From Octopus bimaculoides (taxonomy: Eukaryota), in assembly GCF_001194135.2 (NCBI RefSeq), contig NC_068988.1:95785201-95849200 (forward strand): 64,000 bases of DNA. The letters run 5' to 3'. Below, piece after piece: positions 39,596 to 52,726 of this stretch. The first letter of the stretch is position 1. Each line of letters starts with the position of its first letter. The position numbers and the translations under genes are program-made. The notes beneath the pieces are model-generated. The model was not told the DNA's origin, searched no databases, and was given only the letters and a program-made list of their open reading frames with translations.

Positions 39596-42377
39596 GTATA
39601 TACATATGTGTGTTTATGTGTGTGTGTTTATGTGTGTGTGTGCGTGTGTGTTTGTGTACACATCCACGTATGTGTGTGTGTGTGAGTAATCTAATTTTGA
39701 GTGAACTCTTCATTTANNNNNNNNNNNNNNNNNNNNNNNNNNNNNNNNNNNNNNNNNNNNNNNNNNNNNNNNNNNNNNNNNNNNNNNNNNNNNNNNNNNN
39801 NNNNNNNNNNNNNNNNNNNNNNNNNNNNNNNNNNNNNNNNNNNNNNNNNNNNNNNNNNNNNNNNNNNNNNNNNNNNNNNNNNNNNNNNNNNNNNNNNNNN
39901 NNNNNNNNNNNNNNNNNNNNNNNNNNNNNNNNNNNNNNNNNNNNNNNNNNNNNNNNNNNNNNNNNNNNNNNNNNNNNNNNNNNNNNNNNNNNNNNNNNNN
40001 NNNNNNNNNNNNNNNNNNNNNNNNNNNNNNNNNNNNNNNNNNNNNNNNNNNNNNNNNNNNNNNNNNNNNNAGAAACGAAATTAAGAAAAAAATAACGGAA
40101 GAAATCTCTCTAAATTGTTCTTCAATAAATTAGAAACGGTTCACTGATCAACTGTGAAGGTTAACATGTGATCAATAAAAGCAGTCACCATCAGTCAACT
40201 GTCAGGATATACAACCAGTTCAGTATTCTTTTCGCCTTTCAATTTCCCCAACTACGTCGTCTCCTCTTCCTTCACTCCACGAAATTTGGGGAAAGAGAAA
40301 AGATGGCGGCTTCGTTTATCTTTTGTTTTGTTTTACATGTTAACACTGCGTTATAGGGTCAGTCTGTCTGTTCGTGTCTCACTGACCCTATTAATATACA
40401 GTAATGTTATGAAATTATATGGAACAGAATGATATCCGTTAATAGATATTTTAGAAGCTTTCAAAAAAAACAACCCATTAAAATATTGTTTCTAATTTAG
40501 ATGCGAGGCCAGCATCTCCGTACGGGGAGAGAGTCGATTATATTTCTTTCCTTCCTCAATCTTCTGAGATGATTCTTCAACTCATTTTCTCATTCAATTT
40601 CACTCAGCCCCACCCTCGGGCATCTGATTTTTCATTTCGTTTCATGTTTGTTTTTTCTTCTACTCTCTCTTCTGCTATTGATGGTGGGTTTTTTTCTTTT
40701 TTCCAAGAACATTCACCAGAATGGATCTAATGCTAAACGTTGTTTTCTAATGTTTCTTTTAATTTTCATCCGTTTGGTATGGTTCACTATTTTTGGTTTT
40801 GGTTTCCACTGTTGGTGAATAAAGAGGAATTTTTAGGGAATTTCGTTCGTGTTTAAAATACATTGACAATGGCGTCCCCCTAAAATATTCTTGATGTTAT
40901 TACATTACTATGGTGATTAAGGAAGTGTAGTTATAGAAATGATAGAAAATCAGGGCTATAATATTTAGCTTTGTACTAGTATATTCCGAGTTCAAATTCC
41001 ACTAAGATGGAATTTTTTTTTTTTTTCGAACATCGGACTTATTATTATCGTTTACTCAGAAAAGAAAGTAAAACTCATGACTTTTTTTTAAGGGAGTTGA
41101 AAGCTATAGAAGGAGGTGTTGTTGTTCGAATGATTATAAGAAAGTGGATTTCGCTTTATGAGCAGACAGTTATTCCAATCTTGGTCCTNNNNNNNNNNNN
41201 NNNNNNNNNNNNNNNNNNNNNNNNNNNNNNNNNNNNNNNNNNNNNNNNNNNNNNNNNNNNNNNNNNNNNNNNNNNNNNNNNNNNNNNNNNNNNNNNNNNN
41301 NNNNNNNNNNNNNNNNNNNNNNNNNNNNNNNNNNNNNNNNNNNNNNNNNNNNNNNNNNNNNNNNNNNNNNNNNNNNNNNNNNNNNNNNNNNNNNNNNNNN
41401 NNNNNNNNNNNNNNNNNNNNNNNNNNNNNNNNNNNNNNNNNNNNNNNNNNNNNNNNNNNNNNNNNNNNNNNNNNNNNNNNNNNNNNNNNNNNNNNNNNNN
41501 NNNNNNNNNNNNNNNNNNNNNNNNNNNNNNNNNNNNNNNNNNNNNNNNNNNNNNNNNNNNNNNNNNNNNNNNNNNNNNNNNNNNNNNNNNNNNNNNNNNN
41601 NNNNNNNNNNNNNNNNNNNNNNNNNNNNNNNNNNNNNNNNNNNNNNNNNNNNNNNNNNNNNNNNNNNNNNNNNNNNNNNNNNNNNNNNNNNNNNNNNNNN
41701 NNNNNNNNNNNNNNNNNNNNNNNNNNNNNNNNNNNNNNNNNNNNNNNNNNNNNNNNNNNNNNNNNNNNNNNNNNNNNNNNNNNNNNNNNNNNNNNNNNNN
41801 NNNNNNNNNNNNNNNNNNNNNNNNNNNNNNNNNNNNNNNNNNNNNNNNNNNNNNNNNNNNNNNNNNNNNNNNNNNNNNNNNNNNNNNNNNNNNNNNNNNN
41901 NNNNNNNNNNNNNNNNNNNNNNNNNNNNNNNNATATATACACATACATATTTATAAAGTGTGTGTGTATGAGTGTATCTGTGTGTATGCATGTATGTGTG
42001 ATAGTAATGACTTATTACGTAAACGGTTAAGATCTTGAATATTAAATTGTATAAAAAGACATTGAAAAACTTGGCATAAAACAATAATAAAAACGAAAAT
42101 AGATGTTCCGAGGAGAATCAACACAGGAATCAGTTGTGGAAATGATGCCGAGGAAATGGAGTGAAATTCAATGGGAAACTGAAGTTCATGAACGCAGACA
42201 TATACGGCGTTTCGTATGTAGACACCTCTGCACAGCGACATCTACGTCGCCATTTGACGTGGATTTGAATGTCTATTGGCAGAACGTCTGTTACAATTGA
42301 CATCTCTCATTTGCAGCATCTTATTGATAATATTCGGTAGAGAAAATAAACAAAATCTCTTCTTTAACCCTTCAAGG

Positions 42378-42423
<46 letters not shown>

Positions 42424-42893
42424 TTTTACTTGTTTCAGTCATTTGACTGCAGCCATGCTGGAGCACCGCCTTTAGTCGAGCAAATCGACCCCAGGACTTA
42501 TTCTTTGTAAGCCTAGTACTTATTCTATCGGTCTCTTTTTGCCGAACCGCTAAGTTATGGGGACGTAAACACACCAGCATCGGTTGTCAAGCGATGGTGG
42601 GGGGGACAAACACAGACACACAAACATATATATANNNNNNNNNNNNNNNNNNNNNNNNNNNNNNNNNNNNNNNNNNNNNNNNNNNNNNNNNNNNNNNNNN
42701 NNNNNNNNNNNNNNNNNNNNNNNTATACATATACGACGGACTTCTTTCAGTTTCCGTCTACCAAATCCACTCACAAGGCTTTGGTCGGCCCGAGGCTATA
42801 GTAGAAGACACTTGCCCAAGGTGTCACGCAGTGGGACTGAACCCGGAACCATGTGGTTGGTAAGCAAGCTACTTACCACACAGCCACTCCTGC
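42378..42893 (-). mobile_element. tRNA-derived SINE, family A, near full length with (TAG)n tail (contains N gap)
   Basis: Reverse complement of the family A head, body and 3' module, ending in (AGT)n at 42378-42422. Confidence 0.88.
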
Positions 42894-42942
<49 letters not shown>

Positions 42943-44006
42943 CATAAATGTGCTACTAAAGTTTCGACTTCTAGCAGTTAATATTTTACTTCAGAAAAGC
43001 GCCGAGCAAAATGCTTCGCGACATTTCATCCGTCTTTACGTTCAGAGTGCAAATTCCGCTGAGGTCGACTTTGCCTTTCATCATTTTGGGATCGATAAAA
43101 TAAGTACCTGTTAAGAAGTGGGGTCGATGTAATCGACTTACCCCCTCTCATGAAATTGCTGGACTTGTGTCAAAATTTCACTTCACGCCCCTCCAACACT
43201 CTTGAGAAAGGCATCTATTCTTCACTAAATTTGATTCTTGTACCTAATTAGGAAATCAATCAATTGAAGGATATCAAAAATAAATTAAGTCTTCGATCAT
43301 AACTAAAGCCGTGATGGTCTTTGGGGATTGCGATTCAGAGAGTATCATCTCCTTTTAACGAACAGAGGAATTGTGGAATTATTAAGGTGTAATACAAACA
43401 TATCGGTTCCGCTGCATGGCTACAGAAAAAAAAAATTGAAATCGTGTTTCTAAAGAATTTTATTTTACAGAAAGTATCTTTTAAATTCCGTTTAGTTTTT
43501 ACAGAGATCCATGACATGTATTTGCCTCTGGTGAGTTCTGAGCCAATAAACTTTGGAAAGCATTAACAGATATTGAATTATTTCGCAATAAGAAGGCAAA
43601 AACTAAGTGAAATCAGAGATCGAAATCGAAAAGGGTCAGATGACTGCAATTTTATTAATTATTTTAAATTCCAATTGGAAGTAGATTTGAATGAACTAAA
43701 TACTTTTACCTTCCCCTGTTTATGTCCTTCAAATCCAGCCCTGATCGAATTTACCTCTCACTACCACCGCTGCCTCCCGAATTCGAGACGCACAAATTAA
43801 GGAGGGAGGTGGATGCAATCTATCGTAACTCAAATTTTTCTAGCCTTCTATTAATGTAAGAAATTATCATGATTGTTATTGAATGAGAGAGCAGAGCATG
43901 CTATCAAAGTGATACTGGGGTATAAATATACGAAGCCCAGTATACCCATCATGGCTACCCGTCTGATAAGGGTACACAAGGTGCACGCATCACAACTATA
44001 TGTGCT

Positions 44007-44320
44007 ATGCTGGAGCACCGTTCTGAAGGGTTTAGTCAAGCAAATCGACCCCAGTGTTTATTTTGTTTTTGTTTTAAAGCTTGGTATTTATTCTATCAGT
44101 CTCTTTGCTGAACCGCTGGAATACAAACCAACTCCGGTTGTCAAGTGGTAGGGAGAACAAACACACACACATATTTATTTATACACACATTTATTTATAC
44201 ATACATATTTATTTATACACACATATTTATTTATGGAACGGGTTTCTCTCAGTTTCCGTCTGCATATCCACTCTCAAGGTTTTATTCTGTCCGAAGCTTA
44301 GAGTAGAACACACTTGCTCA
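44007..44320 (-). mobile_element. SINE family A, 5'-truncated and diverged
   Basis: TGCTGGAGCACCG...CAAATCGACCCCAG...CAGTTTCCGTCT matches the reverse of the 42440-42800 module. Confidence 0.7.
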
Positions 44321-44708
44321 TGATGTCTCCTTTCTCAATTCATTTATTTCTTAGACTGATCTTTCTGGCCCCTATAAAAGTTTTATGAGTTAGGTGTCTT
44401 GGCTAAGGTGACATTACAGCTCGTATCAGGAGGAACATTCTGCCAACGGTACAACGCAATCCATTCAGTTACCTAGTTTACTGAGAATATTGGTTCAAAT
44501 TTTGGCAGAAGGCCAGCAATTTGGATGGGAGGGGGGTTTAAAAGTGGAATACATCGACCCCAATGATCAACTGGTACCTATTTGATAGGTACAAGATGTT
44601 CATATCTTGACCCATTCGGCTTCATTTTTTACTCTTTCTGGGATCAATAAAATAAACATTAGATATTAGGGGTCTATCTCTCTGTCTCTGTCTCTGTTTC
44701 TCCCTGTA

Positions 44709-44779
<71 letters not shown>

Positions 44780-45975
44780 NNNNNNNNNNNNNNNNNNNNN
44801 NNNNNNNNNNNNNNNNNNNNNNNNNNNNNNNNNNNNNNNNNNNNNNNNNNNNNNNNNNNNNNNNNNNNNNNNNNNNNNNNNNNNNNNNNNNNNNNNNNNN
44901 NNNNNNNNNNNNNNNNNNNNNNNNNNNNNNNNNNNNNNNNNNNNNNNNNNNNNNNNNNNNNNNNNNNNNNNNNNNNNNNNNNNNNNNNNNNNNNNNNNNN
45001 NNNNNNNNNNNNNNNNNNNNNNNNNNNNNNNNNNNNNNNNNNNNNNNNNNNNNNNNNNNNNNNNNNNNNNNNNNNNNNNNNNNNNNNNNNNNNNNNNNNN
45101 NNNNNNNNNNNNNNNNNNNNNNNNNNNNNNNNNNNNNNNNNNNNNNNNNNNNNNNNNNNNNNNNNNNNNNNNNNNNNNNNNNNNNNNNNNNNNNNNNNNN
45201 NNNNNNNNNNNNNNNNNNNNNNNNNNNNNNNNNNNNNNNNNNNNNNNNNNNNNNNNNNNNNNNNNNNNNNNNNNNNNNNNNNNNNNNNNNNNNNNNNNNN
45301 NNNNNNNNNNNNNNNNNNNNNNNNNNNNNNNNNNNNNNNNNNNNNNNNNNNNNNNAGGATTAGTATAAAGTAACTTTATACTAATTTTTTAGGATTAGTA
45401 TAAAGGAAACTGGGTAGAGGGGGATCCCAAATCAAGATGTTAATTACCAGTTAAAGGGGCAAGACGCTAATAAAACTTATGATAATACAGAGGAAATTAT
45501 CATGGGGTACTATGGGTGATTGTTTATAAACAATATTGTTATGTTGTATAAAGAGAAAATTTATGATTATTAAAAATGATATTATAACCAAAATAGATAA
45601 ACTGGGTATATATAAGCATATACATACATATATACATACACACACATACCCGTACACACACATATATATGTGTGTGTGTGTGTGAATGTGTACGTATGTA
45701 TGTAGACACTCGCGATATCCAATGAGTTGAAAGATGATGTAATCAAAAAAAGTTATAGACAAATGGAGACATGTGATTTAGGCGCGCGCGCGCACACACA
45801 CACACAAACACACACATACACAAACACACACACACACACACACACACACTCATAAACATATAATCTGTAATTACACACTATTGTGCGTATGTACCCTTGC
45901 ATGCAAACTTGCACACATAAAGAGGGCTGATGTTGTTTGTAAAGTTGATATGATTATTATTATTATTATTATTAT

Positions 45976-46026
<51 letters not shown>

Positions 46027-47403
46027 AAGGGGTAGTAGAAGGAGTAGTAGAAGGAGTAAAGTGACAATTAATTACTAACACACTTCATTAATTACGAAAG
46101 CTAGCAGTCCCTATGTGTAACCTGCTTATCAGGTGTAATTAATTAATTAAATTGAGTAAAAATGTCCAAAGTCTGCGAGATATGACAGCGTCATCATCTT
46201 TCCGAAACAGATTCCATATTATCGCACTGGAATTATGAGGGTGGCGTAATGCACGGAACTGTGAGAATGGCGTAACATAAACGGCCATAATTCTCTACTA
46301 AAAACGGGCGTCCATGATATAAGACCTCATTATTATAATGATTAGAAGGGTGGTAAGTGTAGAGGCTTGGCAAAATCAGTTGAGCATCGGATAAAATATC
46401 TTGCGCTATGTTTTCCGGCTCTTTTCGATAAAATAAAAAAAAGCAGCGAAGTACTGGGGTCGATTTAATCGATTANNNNNNNNNNNNNNNNNNNNNNNNN
46501 NNNNNNNNNNNNNNNNNNNNNNNNNNNNNNNNNNNNNNNNNNNNNNNAGAATCTGTGACCTCGTACCTATGAGGACTCTGTGACCTCGCACCTAGGGGTG
46601 ATCGTTGTAAGGGTTGTGGATAACAGAATCTGCAGAAAGCCGGACAAAATGTTATAAAGTATTTAGTTACATCCTTTTTTATCTTCTGAATTCGAATCTT
46701 TCCCGGATTAAGTTTACTTTTTCTTTTGTCCGGATTGATAACAATAGAATTTAATATTTTCCTAGGCGAGATCGACCTTGTTTTTCATCCTTTCGAGGTC
46801 AATGAAATAAGTACCAGTTAAATACTGGGGTCGACGTAATCGATCTTTCCACATCCCAAACATTTTAGGCCTTGTGCCTATAACAGAAAGGAACATTTTA
46901 CTTGTCGAGAAAGCAGAACGGTTTTGATTGAAGCAATTTCATTTTAGATATATCTCTAATAGCCTTGGGAAAGCATAAACATCACAACTTCCACACTGAA
47001 ATACAGAGAATTTGCGTCAAACCAGGAAGAAGCAATATCTAAATTCCTTTCTATAAAGCGCAGGCAGAGCAAGATGATCGTAGGGATGTTGCAAGATGTC
47101 GCCATTTTGATTACTTGTTTCAGGTCGTGTTGTCTCCGCGATAGGAGAGGCCCATGACCTTTTGTCGAGCTTTTGACTCTGTTTGAAGGAAGGAAAATAT
47201 TGTCAACCCGAAGACCTGATCTGAATGTTTGCAACGGTTAAACTTTGTTAGAGGCACCCCATCACAAATTAAACCATAGCAGGATTTGAACTCAGAGCGC
47301 AAAAAACTGGAATAAATGCCGCACGACAATCCGTCTGACGCTCTACCGCTTCTACCAATCTACGCCATTAAACTGGACGGACGTTAGCTTTACAGAGTTG
47401 ACC

Positions 47404-47468
47404 ACAGAGAATCAACAGAACCGACAGAGAGTCAACAGAACCGACAGAGAGTTAACAGAACCGACAGA
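47404..47468 (+). repeat. 20-bp minisatellite x3
   Basis: ACAGAGAATCAACAGAACCG / ACAGAGAGTCAACAGAACCG / ACAGAGAGTTAACAGAACCG. Confidence 0.9.
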
Positions 47469-47859
47469 CGAAATGTATTGAACAAGTTTGTATTTCGTCT
47501 GACATTCCACCACCTCAGCCAATTTCCTCACCTCATTTTGGTTCGCGCCCAGGATTTCATCTGAAGTTAAGGTTTGTTTTGGTGACCAAACAAAAACTCA
47601 ACACAGATTCCGAACAGTGGCCGTTTATCTATGCAAAAGACGTTTATCAAATGTATTTTGATGTACACACATATTCATGGACGTGTCTTTCTTTAGCGGT
47701 GTATTACATGAACACACACACACCCACATACAAACGCATATACAGACACAAACATTTTTATTACAGTACAAGCCGATCAACGGAACAGCCTCTTCCTGAA
47801 ATTAGTGTGTAAGTGGCTGAGTGCTCCACAAACACGCATGTCCTTAACGTAAGTTCTCA

Positions 47860-48080
47860 GGTAATCCCTCGACTATCGCGAGTGTTACGTTCCAAAAGGC
47901 TCCGCGATAGGTGAAAATCCGCGAAGTAGAAACAGTACTGTACTGTATATTTTTTTAATTATTTTTATAATTTTTATATACTTATTTTATCATAAATGCA
48001 AAACAACACCACGGGGGAATCGACGGAAGCTTAAATAATAAACCGCGATTGGTGAACCACGATATGGTCATGGATTATTG
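47860..48080. mobile_element. pogo/Tigger-like MITE (~220 bp)
   Basis: Left end (cag)GTAATCCCTCGACTATCGCG. Right end CACGATATGGTCATGGATTATTG-TA is a degenerate reverse complement. It truncates the adjacent SINE fragment at 47770-47860. Confidence 0.5.
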
Positions 48081-49085
48081 TATATATATATATATGTATA
48101 NNNNNNNNNNNNNNNNNNNNNNNNNNNNNNNNNNNNNNNNNNNNNNNNNNNNNNNNNNNNNNNNNNNNNNNNNNNNNNNNNNNNNNNNNNNNNNNNNNNN
48201 NNNNNNNNNNNNNNNNNNNNNNNNNNNNNNNNNNNNNNNNNNNNNNNNNNNNNNNNNNNNNNNNNNNNNNNNNNNNNNNNNNNNNNNNNNNNNNNNNNNN
48301 NNNNNNNNNNNNNNNNNNNNNNNNNNNNNNNNNNNNNNNNNNNNNNNNNNNNNNNNNNNNNNNNNNNNNNNNNNNNNNNNNNNNNNNNNNNNNNNNNNNN
48401 NNNNNNNNNNNNNNNNNNNNNNNNNNNNNNNNNNNNNNNNNNNNNNNNNNNNNNNNNNNNNNNNNNNNNNNNNNNNNNNNNNNNNNNNNNNNNNNNNNNN
48501 NNNNNNNNNNNNNNNNNNNNNNNNNNNNNNNNNNNNNNNNNNNNNNNNNNNNNNNNNNNNNNNNNNNNNNNNNATATATATATATATATATATAACATAT
48601 GCATATTTATAGGCATATATACATTCACACATATATCCCGAGGGGAGGCGCGTTGCCCAGTGATTGTGGTTTTGGGTTCAATTCCTGGAGTAGGCGGATC
48701 GTTGTAATTTTGAGCAAGGCACTTCATTTACCTTTACTCCGGTTTACTCAACTGTAAGTTAGTATCAAGTGAGTGCTGGTACCGCCCTCTCTTCCTTCAG
48801 CTGTCACATCCTCCGTGCTAGGAAGGCCGAGACAGTGTCTAACTCTGTTTTCGACTGCACACGCCCCTTCAGTAATTATCGAAAGCATGGTACAGGCCAA
48901 CAAGTCACACTCGTTTACCTAAGAGTATAGATTTGGATTGAGTTTGTCACTTGCTACTCTGAGTTGAGTCTCACCTGTAGGTGAATAAGATCTTCAGAAC
49001 AGCGGGAGACTGACTGCACCAGAATGAAATATAATATTAATCTCTCTAGTATGGTATCGAGTGCTCCATATATATATATATAAAT

Positions 49086-49435
49086 AACGTGGCACTCCGT
49101 CGGTTGCGACGACGAGCGTTCCAGTTGATCCGATCAACGGAACAGCCTGCTCGTGAAATTAACTTGCAAGTAGCTGAGCACCCCACAGACACGTGTACCC
49201 TTAACGTAGTTTTCGGGGAGATTCAGCGTGACACAGTGTGACAAGGCTGACCCCTTTAAAATACAGGTACAACAGAAACAGAAAGAAAGAGTGAGAGAAA
49301 GCTGTGGTAAAAGAGTACAGCAGGGTTCGCCAGCAACCCCTGCTGGAGCCTTGAGAACTCACAACGCCCGATCTAGGAATCGAGACTGCGATCTCATGAC
49401 TTCGAGTCCACTGCTCTCACCACTGGGCCATTTCG

Positions 49436-49438
<3 letters not shown>
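49086..49438 (-). mobile_element. tRNA-derived SINE, family C
   Basis: tRNA-like head at the right end (reverse of GAATCGAGACTGCGATC...CCACTGGGCCAT). The module TTAACGTAGTT.TC.GGGAGATTCAGCGTGACACAG is shared with 18034-18240 and 47770-47860. Confidence 0.8.
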
Positions 49439-49484
<46 letters not shown>

Positions 49485-50019
49485 TACATTTATATGTGTG
49501 TACAGTCGACAGGTGAGATCCAGAGAATCTCCGTATAGAAGACACTTAGTAGTGTTCAAAGGATTCAGACTTAGACCCCGATTTCTTTACGAGGGCCAAT
49601 TCAAACCCAAGCTTTAATTTATTTATCTCGCATAATTGCCTCACACACGCTCGCGCACACACGCGCGCGTGTGTGTGTGTGCATAAATATAAATGGAAGA
49701 CAACGTAAATATGGTTTTTCTCCTAGTTTTGACAAAATATCGTTTCACCTCTGACTTTACATAAACCAAGTTTTAACTGATAAACCATATAACACGTGAC
49801 TATGGAGGCCTCTGATCTAATTCCTTTGTCTATTCCTTCAGTTTTAATGGCGTGGTTTTGTTTGTTATTAAATCTATCATAAATCTTCGATATTTTTTTT
49901 TACTTTCTACTTAATCCCGCAATATGTTAAAAACTGAAAAGAATTCTTTCTAATTTTCTGTAAATCTTGAAAATGGATGCTAGCCATGTTCTGCTTCCAA
50001 TGTCAGCAAGCAGACGACA

Positions 50020-50225
50020 GTGATCTGACAAAATCGTTAGCACACCGGACAAAACGCTTAGCGACATTTTTCCCGGCTTTACATTCTGAGTTCAAGTTCC
50101 GCCGAGGTCAACTTCGCCTTTCAGCCTTTCGGGGTTGATAAAATAAGTACCAGTTGATAACTGGAGTAGATATAACTGACTAGCCCCTCCGCACAATATT
50201 CCAGGTCTTGTACCCATAAAACAAA
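50020..50225 (+). mobile_element. tRNA-derived SINE, family B
   Basis: GAGTTCAAGTTCCGCCGAGGTCAACTTCGCCTTTCAGCCTTTCGGGGTTGATAAAATAAGTACCAG. Confidence 0.8.
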
Positions 50226-50766
50226 GAAATATAAGCAAATATAATCACGCTGCTAACAGCAGCAAGGAGCCACGTAAAAGACATGTTGTAAGTCCTCTCT
50301 GCACACCCACCTAATAACTCTGTAGACAGGACAGCAGTGACAACAGCAAGGGCTGAGGAAAAGGAGTCGGGCCTCCAGAGATTCTTCTTGGTTATTTAAA
50401 AAGTCTACACTTCCCTTTTGCTGTTATTTTACTCTGTTTATGAGCAGAACATCTTGGTTGTATGGGGGGAACTGTTCAATAGGAAGACTGTCAGAGGAGA
50501 GAACCCGCACATATAAATCTCCGTCATAGGATTAAGGGAATATATTGGTTTTAGAAATATTTAACTTCTTTATTTTGGTTTCGTCTGAAATACATTCTTA
50601 GGCTTTGCACAGTTTTTTTTTTTTTCATGACCAAATAAAATCGAATTCGAGGGAAAATCAATGATTAAACGTTCTTTAGTCCATGGCCAGTCCTTAGAGA
50701 ACAGGGCAAACAAATAATGAAAGATGTTCTTTTTTTTTACCCAAACATGCTGCATCTAGGATTATA

Positions 50767-51287
50767 CAGGGTGTTCCCCCAAAATTGACATCATTTCGGA
50801 GTCTGATAACATAGTCAATTCTCGCTCAAATGATGTTTAGATTGGACATACCAGTGATAATAACATTGTGCTGCTGAAATGGCCACCACGTCCACCTGAC
50901 TAGACACCTTGTGGGTTTTTTTTTTCTATGGTGCTATGTGAAAGGAGCGGTCTATATCCCACCTCTTCCTACAAGTCTAGAGGAACTCAAGCAGAGAATC
51001 AGTGAAGCGCTGGAGAATGTTACGCAAGACATTCTACAGCGTGTCTGGCAGGAGCTGGACCACCGCCTTAACGTGTGTCATGTCACAGGTGGTGCGCAGA
51101 TTGAATATTTGTGAAGCTTTGTGAAATCGGTTATAAAATCTACATCCCTCTGGATCTCCTGTTCGAATTTCGATAGATAAATCTTTTATTGTTCAACATG
51201 AAATCCTATTTAATTTCGATTGCCTCAGACATGTAGTTACTCAGATATTCATATTTCAAATGATGTCAATTTTGCGGGGACACCCTG
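50767..51287 (+). mobile_element. Tc1/mariner internal-deletion derivative (521 bp) with TIRs, TA TSD and transposase C-terminus
   Basis: 30-bp TIRs CAGGGTGT(T/C)CCC(C/G)CAAAATTGACATCATTT, 28/30 identical, flanked by TA at 50765-66 and 51288-89. Internal WPPRPPD*TPCGFFFLWCYVKGAVYIPPLPTSLEELKQRISEALENVTQDILQRVWQELDHRLNVCHVTGGAQIEYL (WPPRSPDL.PCDF motif). Confidence 0.92.
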
Positions 51288-51819
51288 TATTATCAATGTG
51301 TTCTTAAGACGAAGGGCGTGATTTGTAAGAGATGTGGCTGCTACTTCTAAAAGAACAGACCAAAGGAATCATAGGTACAATTAATTATCTCCAATAACTT
51401 CTGGAAAACTGAAATCGACATCGGTTGACTAAAACTTTTGTCGTAGTTTGATGTTTGTACATTTAAAAAGCCATAGCGACTGATGTAGAGGCTTACACAG
51501 AGAGACCAACGTCTGGACAATGTCCGCCCTTCCTCATAAATTGTCCAAATCATTTACGCTACCATCGACTGTAGAAAGTGAATGAATATCATAGAACATT
51601 GACTCCTAATTACTGAGTATTTAACTTTGCTTCTATGCGATTAAAACACAATTTGAAATTGTGACGATTGCCATTGAGCAGAAACACGTTTCAGATAATC
51701 CTAGCTCGGTGATAATTACTTTCGCTCATATTGTTAATAACCGTGCGAAATATGGGAATCTTTGAGTTTTCCCAGCACCCTGAAGGCAATAGGGGTAAAC
51801 CATGAAGGAACCACAAGAT

Positions 51820-52070
51820 AGGATTGGTTAGTCCATATTACTCCGTGAGGAGCATAGGCCAGTTTCCTGGTTTTTCTGATGTCTATATTCCTCCCAGGAC
51901 GGAATGCCAGTCCATTGCAGGATTACCGATTTTCACCAACTGGGTGGACTGGAACCAACTGAAATGAAGTGGTTTGCTCAAGAATACATCGCATCACCCA
52001 GTTCAAGAATCGAAACCACAATCTTACAATCACGAGTCCAACACCCTAAATACTACGCTATGCGCCTTCA
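51820..52070 (-). mobile_element. tRNA-derived SINE (diverged)
   Basis: GAAATGAAGTGGTTTGCTCAAGAATACATCGC...AAGAATCGAAACCACAATCTTAC...GAGTCCAACACCCTAA head similar to the other SINE heads. Confidence 0.65.
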
Positions 52071-52700
52071 CACAAGGCAGTATTAGTAACCAAAATTTTC
52101 CCCCAAATCTCACCCAAACATATTAAAGCGAAAAACAATACGTGACGAAAAAAATGTTATGACAGGCACCGTTTGAATACTTTTAATGATAGGCTCGTTC
52201 TCTCAAGGTAGTCATGGAGTCCAAAGAACAACAACGGGCAAAGACGCTGTTCTTTAATAGGGAAGTATGGATCGGTTCCCTTGATTTGTCCATTTAATTG
52301 GTCAAGTCAGTGGGTGTCAGCGTTTTGGTCAAAGGATCGAATCGTTTCTTACTTTCTTTTTCTTTTTAGTACTGAATGGTGGAATCATTAGAATTCATTA
52401 GAATTCGTTACGACTCTGTGTTTTGAGTTCAAATTCTACAGACATCAACTTTGCCTTTCATCCTTTCAGGATTGATAAGAAAAAAAAAAAAAGTAACTGA
52501 CCAGCATCTTTTTCTTTCTGAATGAAATTTGGGTGAAAAGTCACAAAAATTACAGAAAAATATTTTTGTTAGGCACCCTGGTTTATCAAGAATTACTTCA
52601 CCGATGTGTATATTTTTATAGAAGGTTGAACACACGAGTTGATATATATATATGGAAAAAAGTCAAGGTAGAAAATGCTAAAATAATTTTATAAAAAACA

Positions 52701-52726
52701 TTTCAGTACCGGTTTCGGTCATTGAG
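52701..52726 (-). ncRNA. 3' half of a Penelope-type minimal hammerhead motif (5' half lost in N gap)
   Basis: Minus strand reads C-UCAAU-GACC-GAAA-CCGG-UA-CUGAAA: stem II 3' strand, GAAA, palindromic ACCGGU stem III, GUA triplet. It abuts the gap starting at 52727. Confidence 0.45.

Noticed and set aside
47404-47468. Short regularly spaced repeats as a CRISPR array
   Set aside because: Head-to-tail minisatellite without spacers, in a eukaryotic context.
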